Positions 13,901 to 52,809 of a DNA stretch of 64,000 nucleotides are shown here, in pieces. Positions within the stretch are counted from its first letter, which is position 1. Each line of letters opens with the position of its first letter. A model generated the notes under the pieces. That model did no database searches and had not been told where the DNA came from. It saw only the letters and a list, made by a program, of their open reading frames with translations. A program made the position numbers and the translations under genes. This DNA comes from Mobula hypostoma (taxonomy: Eukaryota): the NCBI RefSeq assembly GCF_963921235.1, contig NC_086118.1, forward strand, positions 15,502,001 through 15,566,000, given 5' to 3'.

Positions 13901-14567
13901 TCGATGGCCTCTCCATATTGCACTGTTAAGTGTTCTTTCATCAAACTACTTTGTCTGCTAACAACAGAAATGTAACAAGATGATGAAGTACCTATCATCA
14001 AACTAGCCACTGGATATATTGATATTAAAAGCAGATACTGATCAATCAGTTCTCCAAATATCTTCTCTCAAGCATCTACCTAAATTGGGAGGGTAACTCG
14101 TAGCCGGTAAAATGGTGTTGAAAAGTCACAGCAGTTTGTGTGTTGCTCCAATAGGAATAATCAAATATTCCAATTTAGGACTACTGAAACAGAGATCTAC
14201 AGTCACAGCCATGGGTAGTTTAGTAACAGCACCATTTTAAGATGCTGAAAAAATATTGATACTCAAAATCAACGAACCTTGGAGAGCAAATTTCCTTTAA
14301 GAAAATGGAAGCAGGGATACCATAGTGGTCTATAGCTACAAACGAAACACAGAGGCCTTAGACTTCCACTCCCAATGATCCTGTTGGTGAAAGTACCGCC
14401 TCTGAAAAATAAAATTGAAGAGCAAGATTGTTGTATAAAAGCGACATCAGGGACTGCTGTATATTTTGCTTCACGGAAACATCGCTCTCCTCTGCCATTT
14501 TGAATGCAGTGCTGCAGCCCGTTTGCTTCACCATTCCCTTCAAAGACAGGACATCTCAATCTCTTAA

Positions 14568-17500
14568 AGGCAAAGGAAGTGGAGTAAGATTTATGATTAA
14601 CTCATGATAGTGCAAAAACTTGGTTTATATCTCAGTCTGACATGGAACACCTAGCAGAAAAGTGCGTGTCTACTTCACCCAAGGTGCCAAAAAGAGCAAC
14701 CGGAGGGTTAGGTTCTAAATGGAAATTAAGAATATGAGATAGGGTTGAAAAAACTTCTCTCCAGAATTTCTCTAGACTAGGACAGGCCCAGTACCTATGG
14801 ATAAGAGAAGCCACACCCCCTTTATCTGATCACAAATGGGACTAATGTCAGGGGAAAACCGCAATAATTTAGTTTTCAACATATGAGCCCTGTGTATAAC
14901 CTTAAACAGCAAGAGGCATTGGTGAACACATAAAGAGGTTGAGTTAACTGACTTAAGAATTGAATCTAAACCGCATCAGACGGGGAGATATTTAGATCTT
15001 ATTCCCAGGCATTTCTAATTTTATTGAAGGGGACACGCCTCAAAATCACTAACTTATCCCGAATAGCAGATATTAAACCTTTACCCAATGGATTGATACA
15101 AAGAAACAGGTCCAGAATGTTTTTCTCAGGCATCTAAGGAAAGTTTGATATTAAACGGTTAATGAAATATCTAATTTGAAGATATCTAAAGAAATGAGTA
15201 TTAGGTAGGTTAAACTTTACAGACAATTGTTGAAAATTTGCAAAACGATTATCTATAAAAAGATCTTCAAAGCGCCTAATACCCTTCCTATACCAATCGT
15301 AAAATGTTGAATCATGAAAAGGTAGGAAAAGATGACTGTGTAAAATAGTGTTAGAGAGAGAAACACCACGAGGACCATTACATTTTCTGAACAGAGCCCA
15401 TATTCTCAGAGTATGTCTAATAAGAGGATTAACAATTAGTCTAGGGAAATGACAAGGAAATGCGGATCCGAGAAGTGCAGAAATGGGAAGATCCTTAGCA
15501 GAGTCCAACTCCATTGCCACCCATTTTGGGCGGTCAGACTGATTATGAAAGAAAGACCAAAAAAAAAGACAATGAATATTGGCAGCCCGATAATATAAAC
15601 AAAAATTAGGCAAGGCCATACCACCTTCCTTTGGGTCTGACTAAACGTCGAACATTATCTTTTGCCTCTCTCTTGGCTAGACGGTTAATTCTTCTTAAGT
15701 GCAAAGATGCTGCCCCAGCCTCTCACGCTCAATGGCTTAGTGATATTATGTCCTGTTTAGACCTTGAAAAGATTTGTTATTCACTTCTTAATTCTGACAT
15801 AAAGTTTCATAAGGTGTGGGGACCTTTTACTGAATATTTTCATCACTCCTCTTTAGATTAAGTTTATCCTTTTTTGTATGCGACCATCCCTGACACTCAG
15901 CTATTTTTCTTCTGTAAGTTTTATGTTTTTTTTTGTGAATTAAATTACATTATAGTTTTGGTAGTCAGCATTATATTTTCTTTTTTTCTTATATATATTT
16001 ACAGCTCTGTGGAGTTGAATGCTCTGATTAATTTTTTTCTTTTAACACAGAAATGGTTGGCCTGGGTTTTTTTTTCCAGTGGCAGGTAGGGGTGAATACT
16101 AATCTTGCATGATTTCATTTTGGGTGCTTTTTTATTGATATGAATTATGTATTGGACATGTTTGTTTTGCACTGTATAAATCTCCATTTTGTTCATGGTT
16201 TTTTTTCTGTAGCTCCATTGTAGAAACTCATAAAAATTAATAAAAAGAATAACATCGAACAGTCAAATGTCATCCATTTTATCTGCTGAGGGAGTTTTCC
16301 TGGGAGCTATGGTCCACCTCTGCTCAACATTAGTCAGGCACTAGAGGAGCAGAGTAATGTTATCAACAGCAATGAATCTGAACACACTGATGCCTTACCT
16401 ATCATTGTGGGCAATTTAATCCAGGACAGGTTGAAGAAGTCTCTGAACAACTATCACCAACATATCACCTGTGGAGCCAGAGGAGGTATCAGGTTAGACC
16501 ACTGTTACACTACCATCAGGAATGCTTACCATGCCATCTCACACAAACAATTTCAAAAGACAGGACTGCTTTAACTTGGTGGACCCTACAATGTTCATGG
16601 ATTCATCTTCAAGTCTGAATGAGTGCACCACATTTACCATCAACTTCATTAAGACCTGCGTGAAAGATTGTGTGTCTTTGAGAACATACCATACACAAAC
16701 CAAAAACTGCAGATGAAGCAGGAAATTTGCACCTTGCTGAGGGCTAGATCTGTGGCATTCAAGACCGGTGGTGCAGAATGATACAGGAAGTATACAACTT
16801 CTTTTTCGAGTCCCGTACAGTGGCCCCTCCATAACAGACAGTGGTGCAACCAGTTTATTATTTATTGACCACAGGAGGAAAAACCAGAGATCCTCACTGG
16901 TGGATCAGAAGTGGAGAGAGTCAGAAACCTCAAATTCCACAGTGTTATCATTTGAAAGTATCTGTCCTGTAAGTGTCATTACTAAAGAAAGCACGGCAGC
17001 ACCTCTACTTTCTTAGAAGTGTGTGAAGATTTGGCATATCATCTAAAACATTGACAAACTTCCATAGATATGTGATGGAAAGTATCCTGACTGGTCGCAA
17101 TATGGCCTGGCGTGGAAACACTATTTTAAGGGTGGGAAAACAATTCCAACTGAGGTTAGGGAATCTGATGTATGTCAACTTTGGCAGGTTTTGCAGGACA
17201 TCACTTTCTACAAAGCAAAACCTAACATTCATGAATGGCTGTGATGCTTCACTCCCAGATGAGCCCAATGCCTTTTTTATGCATACTTTGAAAGGGAGAA
17301 TAAAACTACACCCATGCAAATCCCTGCAGCATCCGGCAACTCTGTGATCTCTGTCTTGGAGGCCAAAGTCAGAACATCTTTCAAGAGGGTTAACCCTTGC
17401 AAGGTGTCAAGCCCTGATGGTGTACCTAGTAGGGCTATGAAAACCTGGGCCAACCAATTGGTGGAAGTGTTCCAAGGACATCTTCAACCTCACTGCTACA

Positions 17501-17720
17501 TTCAGACGTTCCCACCTGCTTCAAAGGGACGACAGTTGTACCAGTGCCCAAACAGAGCGGAGTGATCTGCCTTAACAATTTTTGTCTAGTTGCACTCACA
17601 TCTACAGTGATGAAGTGCTTTAAGAGGTTTGTTATGGCTAAAATCAACTCTCCTAAGCAAGGAGCTGGACCTGCTGCAATTTGCTTATCGCCACAATAGG
17701 TTTAAAGCAGATGCATTCTC
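14568..17720 (+). mobile_element. Rex1/Babar-like LINE, rearranged fragments (host of the L1 above)
   Basis: SDMEHLA|VKCHPFYL endonuclease-region motif is split by the L1; later KVSSPDGVP, VALTSTVMKCF and LDLLQFAYR motifs. Confidence 0.65.
14658..16259. mobile_element. L1-clade LINE with 5' inversion (minus 14658-15632, plus 15631-16259), inserted in a Rex1-like element
   Basis: Minus arm KEGGMALPNF...GTLGEVDTH; plus arm LGLTKRRTLSFASLLARR...WGPF, then T-rich UTR, AATAAA and A-rich tail. Confidence 0.8.
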
Positions 17721-18127
17721 ATAGGATATATGCACCTAGAAGACAAAGATAAGGAAACTGCATTTACATGTGCAGTGAATGTAGCCAAACCTTTAGACCC
17801 AACCATATCTCAATAGTAAAGCTAAAGACATGATCATAAAGAAAGCAAAACCATTTCAGTAGCTACAGCTTTGAGATCCATTCAGACCTGTGCACATCAA
17901 GCACAAGGGATCCAATCTTTATTTGCCAAATACTGCTCAATTCAATTCCTATCAACCATCAGCAAAATGCTGGGAAGTGCCATGGTCTGTTCTTTCCTGT
18001 TCATAGATACTCAATCTGGATTTCACTGGGTCCACTTTGTACTGTACAATATTAATAAATATCTGCTGACAAATTTAGAATTTGCATCAAAATTAAAACT
18101 TGTTAAATATTAGATAAAGATATTCCT

Positions 18128-19349
18128 TTCTTTCTTTTTCAATCTTCTTATTAGTTTCATAAAATATAAACATAACATAGCAATAATACAAGTAGTTAGA
18201 GATATATTGTTGTACTTAAAATGAGTAATTATAATACCAAATAGTATAAACTGACAAACTCCCAATTGTGTAGGATAACAATGAATAATACAGAACTAAA
18301 AATAACTGGAGAAAAATCATGAAAAAGAAAAAAAATAGAAAAAAAAACAAACCTCACCCCAAAAGAAAAACTAAACTAAACAGAATTAGTCAACTGAACT
18401 AAAAAGACTTGGGCAATTTTAACAATGTAAAAATGGAAGAGAAGAAAACCTTAGTGTCGACGACTCCATTCCTCTCCACCAACAATACAGAGAAGTAAAA
18501 TAAGTTTGGAAATGGTCAAATTACATCATATGAAAATGCTGAATGAATGGCCTCCAAGTTTTTTCAAATTTAATGGAAGGGTCATAAACCCACTTCTAAT
18601 TTTTTCCAAATTCAAACACAACATAGTTTGTGAAAACCAATGAAATACAGTAGGAGGGTTAATCTCTTTCCAATTCAGCAAAATGGATCTTCTAGCCATT
18701 AAAGTAAGAAATGCAATCATCCGGCGTGCTGAAGAGGTAAAATAATTTGAGTCTATCATTGGTAATCCAAAATTAACAGTAATTGGATGAGGTTGTAAGT
18801 CTGTATTCAAAACCGTTGAAATAATATCAAAAATTATTTTTCCAATATTTTTCCAACAAAGGACATGACCAAAACATGTGAGTTAAAGAGGCTCGGATTG
18901 ACATCTATCACATATAGGATTAATATAACAATAATAACGAGATAGTTTATCTTTGGACATATGAGCCCTGTGCACTACTTTAAACTGTATCAACACATGT
19001 TTAGCACACATAGAGGATGAATTGACCAATTGAAGAATTTTTTCCAATTTTCAATCGGTATAATAATCTTAAATTCTCTTTCCCAATCAGCTTTAATTTT
19101 ATTGGAAACATCAGGACATAAATTCATAATTATATTATAAATAATTGCTACAACACTTTTCTGAGAGAGATTTAGATCTAAAAATTTTTCCAAAGTATCC
19201 ATTGGATATGAGTGTGGAAAATTAGGAGAAGCAGTAATTAAAAAGTATCTAATCTGTAGATATTTTTGTGATTTATTTTTGGGTAATTGTTTCATGACTT
19301 TTGATCAACTTTCTAATAAATATAACTTACCCAGATCTCACTTTTTTAA
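18128..19349 (-). mobile_element. L1-clade LINE 3' fragment with short 5' inversion and 14-bp TSD
   Basis: ATAAAGATATTCCT at 18114-18127 and 19350-19363; minus ORF2 C-terminus (KYLQIR...ARRSILLNWK); inverted piece about 19263-19352. Confidence 0.85.
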
Positions 19350-19459
19350 ATAAAGATATTCCTATACTTTAAAAAATCTTTATCAATAAAACTGCTCAGT
19401 GGATTTCTGAATTGTAGACAATTTGTCCCCATCAAGAATGCACTACCAATTAAGCAGAC

Positions 19460-19711
19460 CTATTTTAGAGGTTCACTGAGAGAAGAATTTAAACACTGGA
19501 CTTATCACGTGTCAGGTTTGTATGTTCATCTTGTATGGACAACACAGGAATGATGAATAAATGAATGGTAAAGAATTCCAAATCAAATTACTGACTGTGC
19601 TTCTCTAATTATATCCTGATATTGGAATACCAGCTGATGAAATGATCAGGTGTTTGTATACTAAATATGGGAACTGAACCTGCTGTGCTGACAAAAAACG
19701 GTATATATAAG
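19460..19711 (+). promoter_or_regulatory. MYH proximal muscle promoter
   Basis: TATATAAG 19704-19711; CArG-like CTAAATATGG 19661-19670; E-boxes CAGCTG 19631 and CAGGTG 19647; AT-rich TCTAATTATATCC 19604-19616; MEF3-like TCAGGTTTG 19512-19520; MEF2-like CTATTTTAG 19460-19468. Confidence 0.75.
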
Positions 19712-19734
19712 TTGTGCAGAGAACAGAGAGAACT

Positions 19735-19754
19735 GCTGGTGTCCAACCATCAGG
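19735..19754 (+). other. MYH non-coding exon 1 (start approximate)
   Basis: Starts about 30 nt after the TATA box and ends at the strong donor CAGG/GTAAGT (GT at 19755). Two 5' UTR exons are typical of vertebrate sarcomeric MYH genes. Confidence 0.7.
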
Positions 19755-19983
19755 GTAAGTTTCTCACTAACTTCATCTTAATTACAATATTTTTTCATCT
19801 CTCCGATGAAGTAATTGGCAGGCAGATCTCATCAAGCTGTGTAAAATATGGTATATTCTTCACAACAGAATAATCCAGGAAATTATCAATGATTACCCAA
19901 GACTCAAATGTAATCAGCATACTTAAATCAGAGAGAAAGAAAGAGAAGTGAATTTACCCACTGTTTTGTTTTTCTTTTGGTAG

Positions 19984-20025
19984 AGTTGGCGTACAAGTAG
20001 AGAATCTTACCGGGGACTGACAAAG
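19984..20025 (+). other. MYH non-coding exon 2 (42 nt)
   Basis: Polypyrimidine tract and TAG acceptor at 19981-19983; donor AAAG/GTAAT at 20026. Confidence 0.7.
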
Positions 20026-20942
20026 GTAATACGTTAAAATCAAGCAAGTGTGAACTCCTTTTGTTGAGCATAACGCGAATAAGCAAAGTTCACTTATACG
20101 TAGTTATGTTTTGTTGAATGTGTTGTTTCACTTTTAAGCACAGAACGTCTAAGTTAGTGGTATGCTAAACACTTCAATCATAATACCTGAGTTGTTAACC
20201 TAAGCCGCAACCGATGCAGCTGTTCTTATCCAGAAGTACTGTTGTAGGTTAGTTTAATGAAATGTAAATATTCACATACTTTATGCAACTGTGGCAGTTA
20301 CTAATACTTCCCACAATTCCCAAACCATACGTTTTAATATTAAATTAATTGAAAAAATACTATCACTGGAATCATTTACTTACCACTCTGAACATGCCAA
20401 ACAAATTAATAGTTCACGATAAAGATGTGCAAACACAAAACTTCCGACTGGTTCCCTCATTTTATTATCCTTAAAGTAACTGTATCTATTATAGTATGAG
20501 TTAGAAAAGATTTCTTATGAATAATAGTTCAAGCTGAATGCACAGCCAAAAATTAGATATGCAGGCTTTTTAATAGTCAAGGTAGAAACTGTATTTTAAT
20601 ATGGTCTCAATCAGATCACAAAACGCGATTATTTCAGAGATCTAAATGCACTGAAGGGTGAAGGATAATCATTTAAATAAGATGTTCATATAATTGTTAT
20701 AAATGCATTGTACTTTATCAATCAGCACGATAGGGGACAAAAACAATCAAAAGAAAATTCAGAAACTCAGAAATAAAGGAGAAAAATTAATGCTTCTCTC
20801 TAAATCATAGTTTAGTGTTATGCCGCATTTAAAAAAAAGCAGAATTTATTGTTTTCTACAAGCAATGCAAGTAGTATGCTGATATTATGCGAGATTAAGT
20901 AATTTAAATGTTCCTTGTATATTCCAGCGATAGACCGAAGCC

Positions 20943-46673
<25,731 letters not shown>

Positions 46674-46766
46674 AAGGCAAGATGAAATGGTCCAAAGAAG
46701 AAATCCACAAAATGTGTATTTCTCTGTAACATACAGTGGTTTTATAAATTAAGTGATAACTAAAGA

Positions 46767-46772
46767 AATAAA
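46767..46772 (+). terminator. Polyadenylation signal of MYH
   Basis: AATAAA about 95 nt after the stop, followed by a T-rich tract. Confidence 0.85.
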
Positions 46773-47499
46773 AGTGCAACACTGAAAAATCATTTTTCTT
46801 GTCAATTTGCCTTTGTTGGATGATTCAATAATTATGGAAGCATAAAACAAACAGAAATTAGTTTTATTGCAATCATAAATATTGGTGAGTATAGAATGGG
46901 AATATTAGAATTAGTCACACCTTCAGAAATAAGTGAAAATCAAAAAGAAAATGAAGATGCTGGAAGCTAAAAACAAATAGAAAATGCTGAAAGCACTCAA
47001 CAATTCAGGCCAAATCTGTGGAAGAAGAAAGAGTTATTTCCTCAACCTGAAGAATTAATTCAGTTTTTCTTCCCATCTTTTCTATTTTCTGTTTATATTA
47101 TACCTCCATCAGAACATTTGAAGGGAAACTTGTCTGTAAAATACGTTCATCCAAACTGTGATACCTAGGTCAATTTGTGTTCTTGGCCCAATTAACTATT
47201 TTCCCTTGAGCTGCAGGTGTCTCTTTTACCACCCACCCTGCCATCAATAGTTCGTATTTGAAGTGGCCATGTGCAGAGTCACTGACCTTGCCTGCAATTG
47301 CCATAAGTACACTTCCTGAAACAGGACTGGTTGGGAAGGGCACCAGGAGAGTGATTATGACAACTGTAAAGTCTTAGGTCCATTTTATCTCCTGTTGGCA
47401 CCACCAAAAACTCTTTAATATAAAAAAGTCAACCTTTTACTTGCAGCTTTTGTTCAGATCACAGAGACAAAGAACAGGAAAATCAGGGACAGAAGCAGG

Positions 47500-48170
47500 A
47501 AATTCAGAATAATGGCTGAAGTTTTACCTCACTGTCACTCCCCTGTAATATCTTCATTAATAGTAAAAATTAATATTGTCTTAAGCATACTCAGTAAATG
47601 AGCCATCACTGCTTTCTAGTAAAGACATTCCTCATCTCAGTCTTTATCTGAGTCTTTATTTTTAGACTGACTGATCTTACTTTGATACTCCAGCCAGGAG
47701 TTACAGCAATTCTGCATCTATCTTGTCAAGCCCTGTGAGGATGTCTTTGTTTAAATGAGATCAGCTCCCATTCTTTTGAGATCCTATACCCAGTTAGTTT
47801 AATTTCACATCACAGAACAAACCTCTAAGCCAGAGGAATCAATCTGATGAACCTTCAATGTACTCACTCTCTCGAAACTTTATTCCTTCTTAGAATTAGA
47901 AACAAGTACAATTCACTACATTGTAGGTGTAAATTCAGTCTCCTTAATCTCTCTTCAGAGAACAAAGCTCTGAATCAAAGGAATAAATTCGATGAACCTT
48001 CAATGTACCCACACTCTCAAATGTATATTCCTTCTCAGAACGAGAATCAAGAGTAGTGGACCATATCGGTGTGGTCTCACCAGGGATTAATATGATTGTA
48101 GTAATATTTCTTTACACTTACATTCAAATTCTCCTGCACTAAAGGCACACATTCCATTTGCCATCCACAA
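47500..48170 (-). mobile_element. Old CR1 fragment with an internal tandem duplication of about 145 bp
   Basis: gatgaaccttcaatgtac occurs near 47846 and 47992. Confidence 0.55.
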
Positions 48171-49261
48171 TGCTACTTCAAAGCACTAAATTATGCACTG
48201 TTCCCATTTCAAGAATCTATTTTAATTTTGGCTTCAGAACATTTGGATTAGGAATTCAAACATTTGGTGAAGAATATATAAGATTTTATTTCTTTTTTAC
48301 TGTTTATATGGCTCAAGGCTGACATGTTATTAAAATTATTACATAATCTCTGAATATCTCTTTAGTTGTTAATTAGAACAATTTTAATTTTGATCTGAAA
48401 ATAAATTTTAAAAATCCAATAGACAATCATAATTATTTTGCACAAAAGGGGGTTCTTTGATTAACTCATACCCATTTATTCTGATTTAATTTTTAACGTC
48501 TGAAGTAATTGCTAGTTTTAACTCTACTTGGGCTGACTGTATTTTATTTGTCTTAGTTGCCATCTTTGCATTTAAGAACCATCAATCATGACCTGAGAAA
48601 AAAACCTGAAAAAATGATCTATTTTCAGATAATAAAACCAGAGGTTTGTTTCATTATATTATAGATATTTTATATATACGGAAACAATAATAGATTATTC
48701 TTTTGGGTAATAAAAATGTTTACACTAATAACTTTAAACTGTTTTATTGAGCAAGTTATTTCCAATTTCTGGGAGGACTTAATTATTCAAATAGACGGAA
48801 CATTTTGAACACACGTTCTGAGTTTAACTTGTTTGTTCAGATAATTCTACTTCATTGGATTACATTGTCAATATGAATTAAACTGAGACTGGGAACAGAA
48901 TACAGATTGACTTTGGAAAGAAGGAGCGGCACTAGTATGAAGAAAGTAGGACGAAAGAGTAACTTGCATTGATATGGTACTACATTGATTGCAGGATATC
49001 CCACACACTTTACTACTGATTAGTAATGTTAGTACAGTACTTGAAGAGTGCAGTAATGCATAGGCAGGGAGGCAGAAAATCTAACAGTTCCATTTATGCC
49101 CAGCAATAATGTACAAAAAGTGACATAATGGCCAAGTTATTTTTCATAACATAATTAATTCAGTGAAAAATATTAACTAGAGAAATATTCTCCTCCTCTT
49201 ACTGGAATTAGCATCCACCATGATAACAGACAAGGATTTGATCTAAACTATTGTCACTGCA

Positions 49262-49450
49262 GCAACACACACAAAATGGTAGAGAAACCCAGCATGTTCG
49301 GCAGCATCTATGGGAAAAAGTACAGTCAACATTTCAGGCCGAAACCCTTCGACAGTCCTTTTTCCATAGATGCTGCCTGGCCTGCTAAGTTCCTCCAGCA
49401 GTTTCTGTATGTTGCTCAGATTTCCAGCATCTCCAAATTTTCTCTTGCTT
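49262..49450. repeat. Fold-back element made of inverted Penelope tails
   Basis: Arms GCAGCATCTATGGGAAAAAG / CTTTTTCCATAGATGCTGC; similar structure at 23340-23490. Confidence 0.7.
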
Positions 49451-50839
49451 ATTGTCATTGCAGCACTTCATCAGGAATAGCTCCCCAAAATACGTAAGAG
49501 AATTGGGTAGGTAATTAATCTGTGATTGTTCACTGGGTTGCTGACAACATATTACATTGATAATGGATTGATTTTTGCTTGTAGTCTGCCCTCCTTAATG
49601 TCTGACTTTCTCAACAATCTGCATTCGTTAACTATTGGGTTAGTGTCACAACTTCAATCCCACTGTAAAAAAATAAGATTAATTAGAACACATGAGCCCA
49701 GAATGTTTGGGTCCAGCAACTGTCTATCTCCTTAATCAACAAGATTCATCAATGAACAGTGTGAAGCATATACAAAGAAAGATGGTTAAAATACTGACTC
49801 CAATGTCAAACCAATATAAGGGAAAGAAAGGCAAGATAATGATTTCGATAATCAAAAAGGACTGAGAAATAAGTAAAATGATTTATGAATACTTCACAAT
49901 TCTAAAGCTTGAATAACTAGAATCCATTTACTTTCAGAGCTGGAATAAAATCCAACATGCTGTTATAATGCAGTGGACAAGCTTACCTTTTCTGGTACGC
50001 ATTGTATCAATATACTGGGGAAGCATTACAACTGCATGTTTACTTCACTGTTGAATCACGTTGAGTCACACCAGTTTGGTCTGGTATCCTGGGTTGGAAC
50101 CATTGTCTGTGGATGCCCATACTTCAACTTGGAAATGAAGAACCGAATATGCAGGAAATCTGCAATGAAACACCAAGTACTGAAAATTCTCAGCAGGTTA
50201 GGTGACATTCTTGGATTTATCCTACTCACACATTTCAGAAACGTCCTGCAGGGGGCCATATAATGAAAAGAATCCACAGTGGGAAACCACTCTAAATCAA
50301 TGGATGTTTTTTGGTGAACTGCTACCTTGATTTTTTTTGGCAGACAAAAAGTGCTGAAACCATGCAGCTATACTCTCTGTAATTTTCACTGAGGCTATAA
50401 AATTTGGTATAACTTGAATGCCAAAAACACGGTATGCTTGCGTCTTCGGGAGTGGTGGACTCATAGATTTTCTGAACTATTAGTTATTACTGCTATAAAT
50501 ACTGCAACACATTTTAATAAGTTTCTGTAATGATCGTGCAGTGTATTGTAATAAATTTCCCTACTAACCCAGGGAGATTAAAAGAAGTGCAGAACCCTGA
50601 ACAGTTTAAAAAGAGCATTAAGATCCAGGGCTCTCAATAGTGGAAACAGCACAGCAGACATTACCAGGTGAGCCAGCTGGCAAACCACTGGGATTTCAAA
50701 ATGTCAGGTAGCAGCTCATCAGTTTACCCACATTTCTATAACATGTGCATAGTTGCACAATAATTTAACAGAAGACTACCTCATTAACACAAGATTTTAA
50801 TTGAATAACCTCTAAACTAATTTAAATGTTAATTTGGTT

Positions 50840-51370
50840 CTGATACAAGAACCAATAGAGGCTGCAATCTGGAGTGAAAAGCAAATTGCTGCAGGAGATC
50901 AAACAGCATCTGTGGAGGCAGAGGGACAGGAGCATCAAAACCCTCCATTAGTATTGAGGGAACCAATATAAATAAAGTGATGGTGAAATCAGATGAGGCA
51001 GGTGGGAGAGGGTAGCTGGTGTGTGGCCAGGTGGGGGTAGATGGAAGCAGTTGGGGGAAGTGGAGGCTGGTGATAGAGAAAGGGGCTGCTTAGATAAGTG
51101 GAAAAACAAAAAAACTGTAGATTTGGAAGTCTGATAAGTAGACACATCTCAGAGTTGTATTTTGATGCATAGTTTGATAATACAATGAACCTTTGAACTT
51201 TTAGAACCAAATAAAGGAGGCATAATGAAAGGATGAGGAGGGGTGGTGATGCGATGGAATGACACTGCATGGAACCGTGGGGAGAACCTGGGTGAACCAG
51301 AAGAGGGAGAGGAGCACAGGGGGGCGCAGGTTCCTTATATTTGGAAAAATCAATGTTCATACCATTGTTT
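50840..51370 (-). mobile_element. Degenerate Penelope-like tail
   Basis: Purine-rich tract; ggaaaaatcaatgttcatacca matches the copy near 22145. Confidence 0.55.
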
Positions 51371-52809
51371 TGCAGACTACTCAGGCAGAAAAGCAAGTGG
51401 TGGTCTTGTTTGGTCTCAGCCTGGCAATGAAATTATACTAATACTGACACCAACACTATTAAGGCTCTTCGATCACAGAGAAATCGGCTCCGCACAGAGA
51501 CAAATTTATCATACACTACCATGATCACGTATCACCGAAATTGACATGGGAGTTTGTGTACTTCATTTCTGACCGTTCTCCACGTGATAACAGGCTGCCT
51601 GACAAGCAGTCGGAAATGTTTAACTGAAACGCAGCGGTGTTTCACGCCGGACTCTGCATAATCAACATTTACGATCAAACTCAAAATATTAACTGATCTA
51701 TTAATGTCTCTTTTCTCTTCACGTAACGCTAATTTGGCCACTCAACATCACTTACCTTGGTCGATTCTGCTGAATAAAGATTTGCTACACAAACTGTAAT
51801 GAAAGAAGTGTCATGATTAGAAATGTCATTAAAGAATGATGCGACATAAGCCAATGCCTTACGAACCAGTTTCAGATCGAGCATACATCTACAAAGGATA
51901 CACAATAACTCTGCTGCATGACAAACGCCGTGGAATATCTAAATAACAAATTCTCAGTTAGTCAAATAATGATCACGTATTTATACCAGAATTAGAACCG
52001 GACGGTTGCGCGCTGGAAGCGGCCGATGGTTCATCTCACAACCTATATACACTGAATCATTTTGCCTGCGCAGCGAGTCCTGTCCCTATTTGGCATTTGC
52101 AAAGTGCCACGAACATTTGTGGTTCTCAGATTAATTCCTGTTTTCTCCCATCAGGATAAAATTAGAGAAGCAGTGTCAATAGTTTTGTGTGAAACTTCAG
52201 AGCCGTTAAACTATACCATCACATGGTCCCAGAGCTGACCAAGCAGAGCAATCGTGCGCCAACTTTTTTACAGTCCACTGTCAAATAAAATTGTTAATTT
52301 AAATATTCTCGCTAAAACGAAGCATAAATAAAATTCCCACAAATAATATATTAGTGCTCAGTAATTTAATACTGTAGATCTAAAAGCAAGCCGGGATAAT
52401 GGAATATATTTACAATACATGCACTTCACTTTTTGTAATGGAAAGAAGAGATTTGATTTCTGCCGTCCAATGTCATCGCGACTAAATGCAGAAATTATCG
52501 TTTTTCACGAGTCTTGGCCGAACTCCCAAAAATTCGTATTCCGATTTTATCTCATTCTTCTAATAAGAACGGATTGTGGCGAAAAAAATTAAAGTCCTTT
52601 AATGGAAATTAACTTTTGTAAGATAAACAGTTCATTTTGTCTGATTGTTTCCGAATGTCAGCAAATCCTTAATTATGATAAACCGTTCGATAGAGAGTGG
52701 GAAAAGTGCGTATTATACAAGCTATATTGATTTTCAACCTTGTTAAAATAAAAAAAAATGGGAACGAGAGAATCATTAAATTAAATAAAATTTCAGGTAC
52801 ATACAGATC

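Noticed and set aside
14640..16261. ACATGGAACA / ACATCGAACA as the TSD of the inverted L1
   Set aside because: The Rex1-like host frame continues to 14657 and resumes at 16260, so the 9/10 match is not at the true boundaries.
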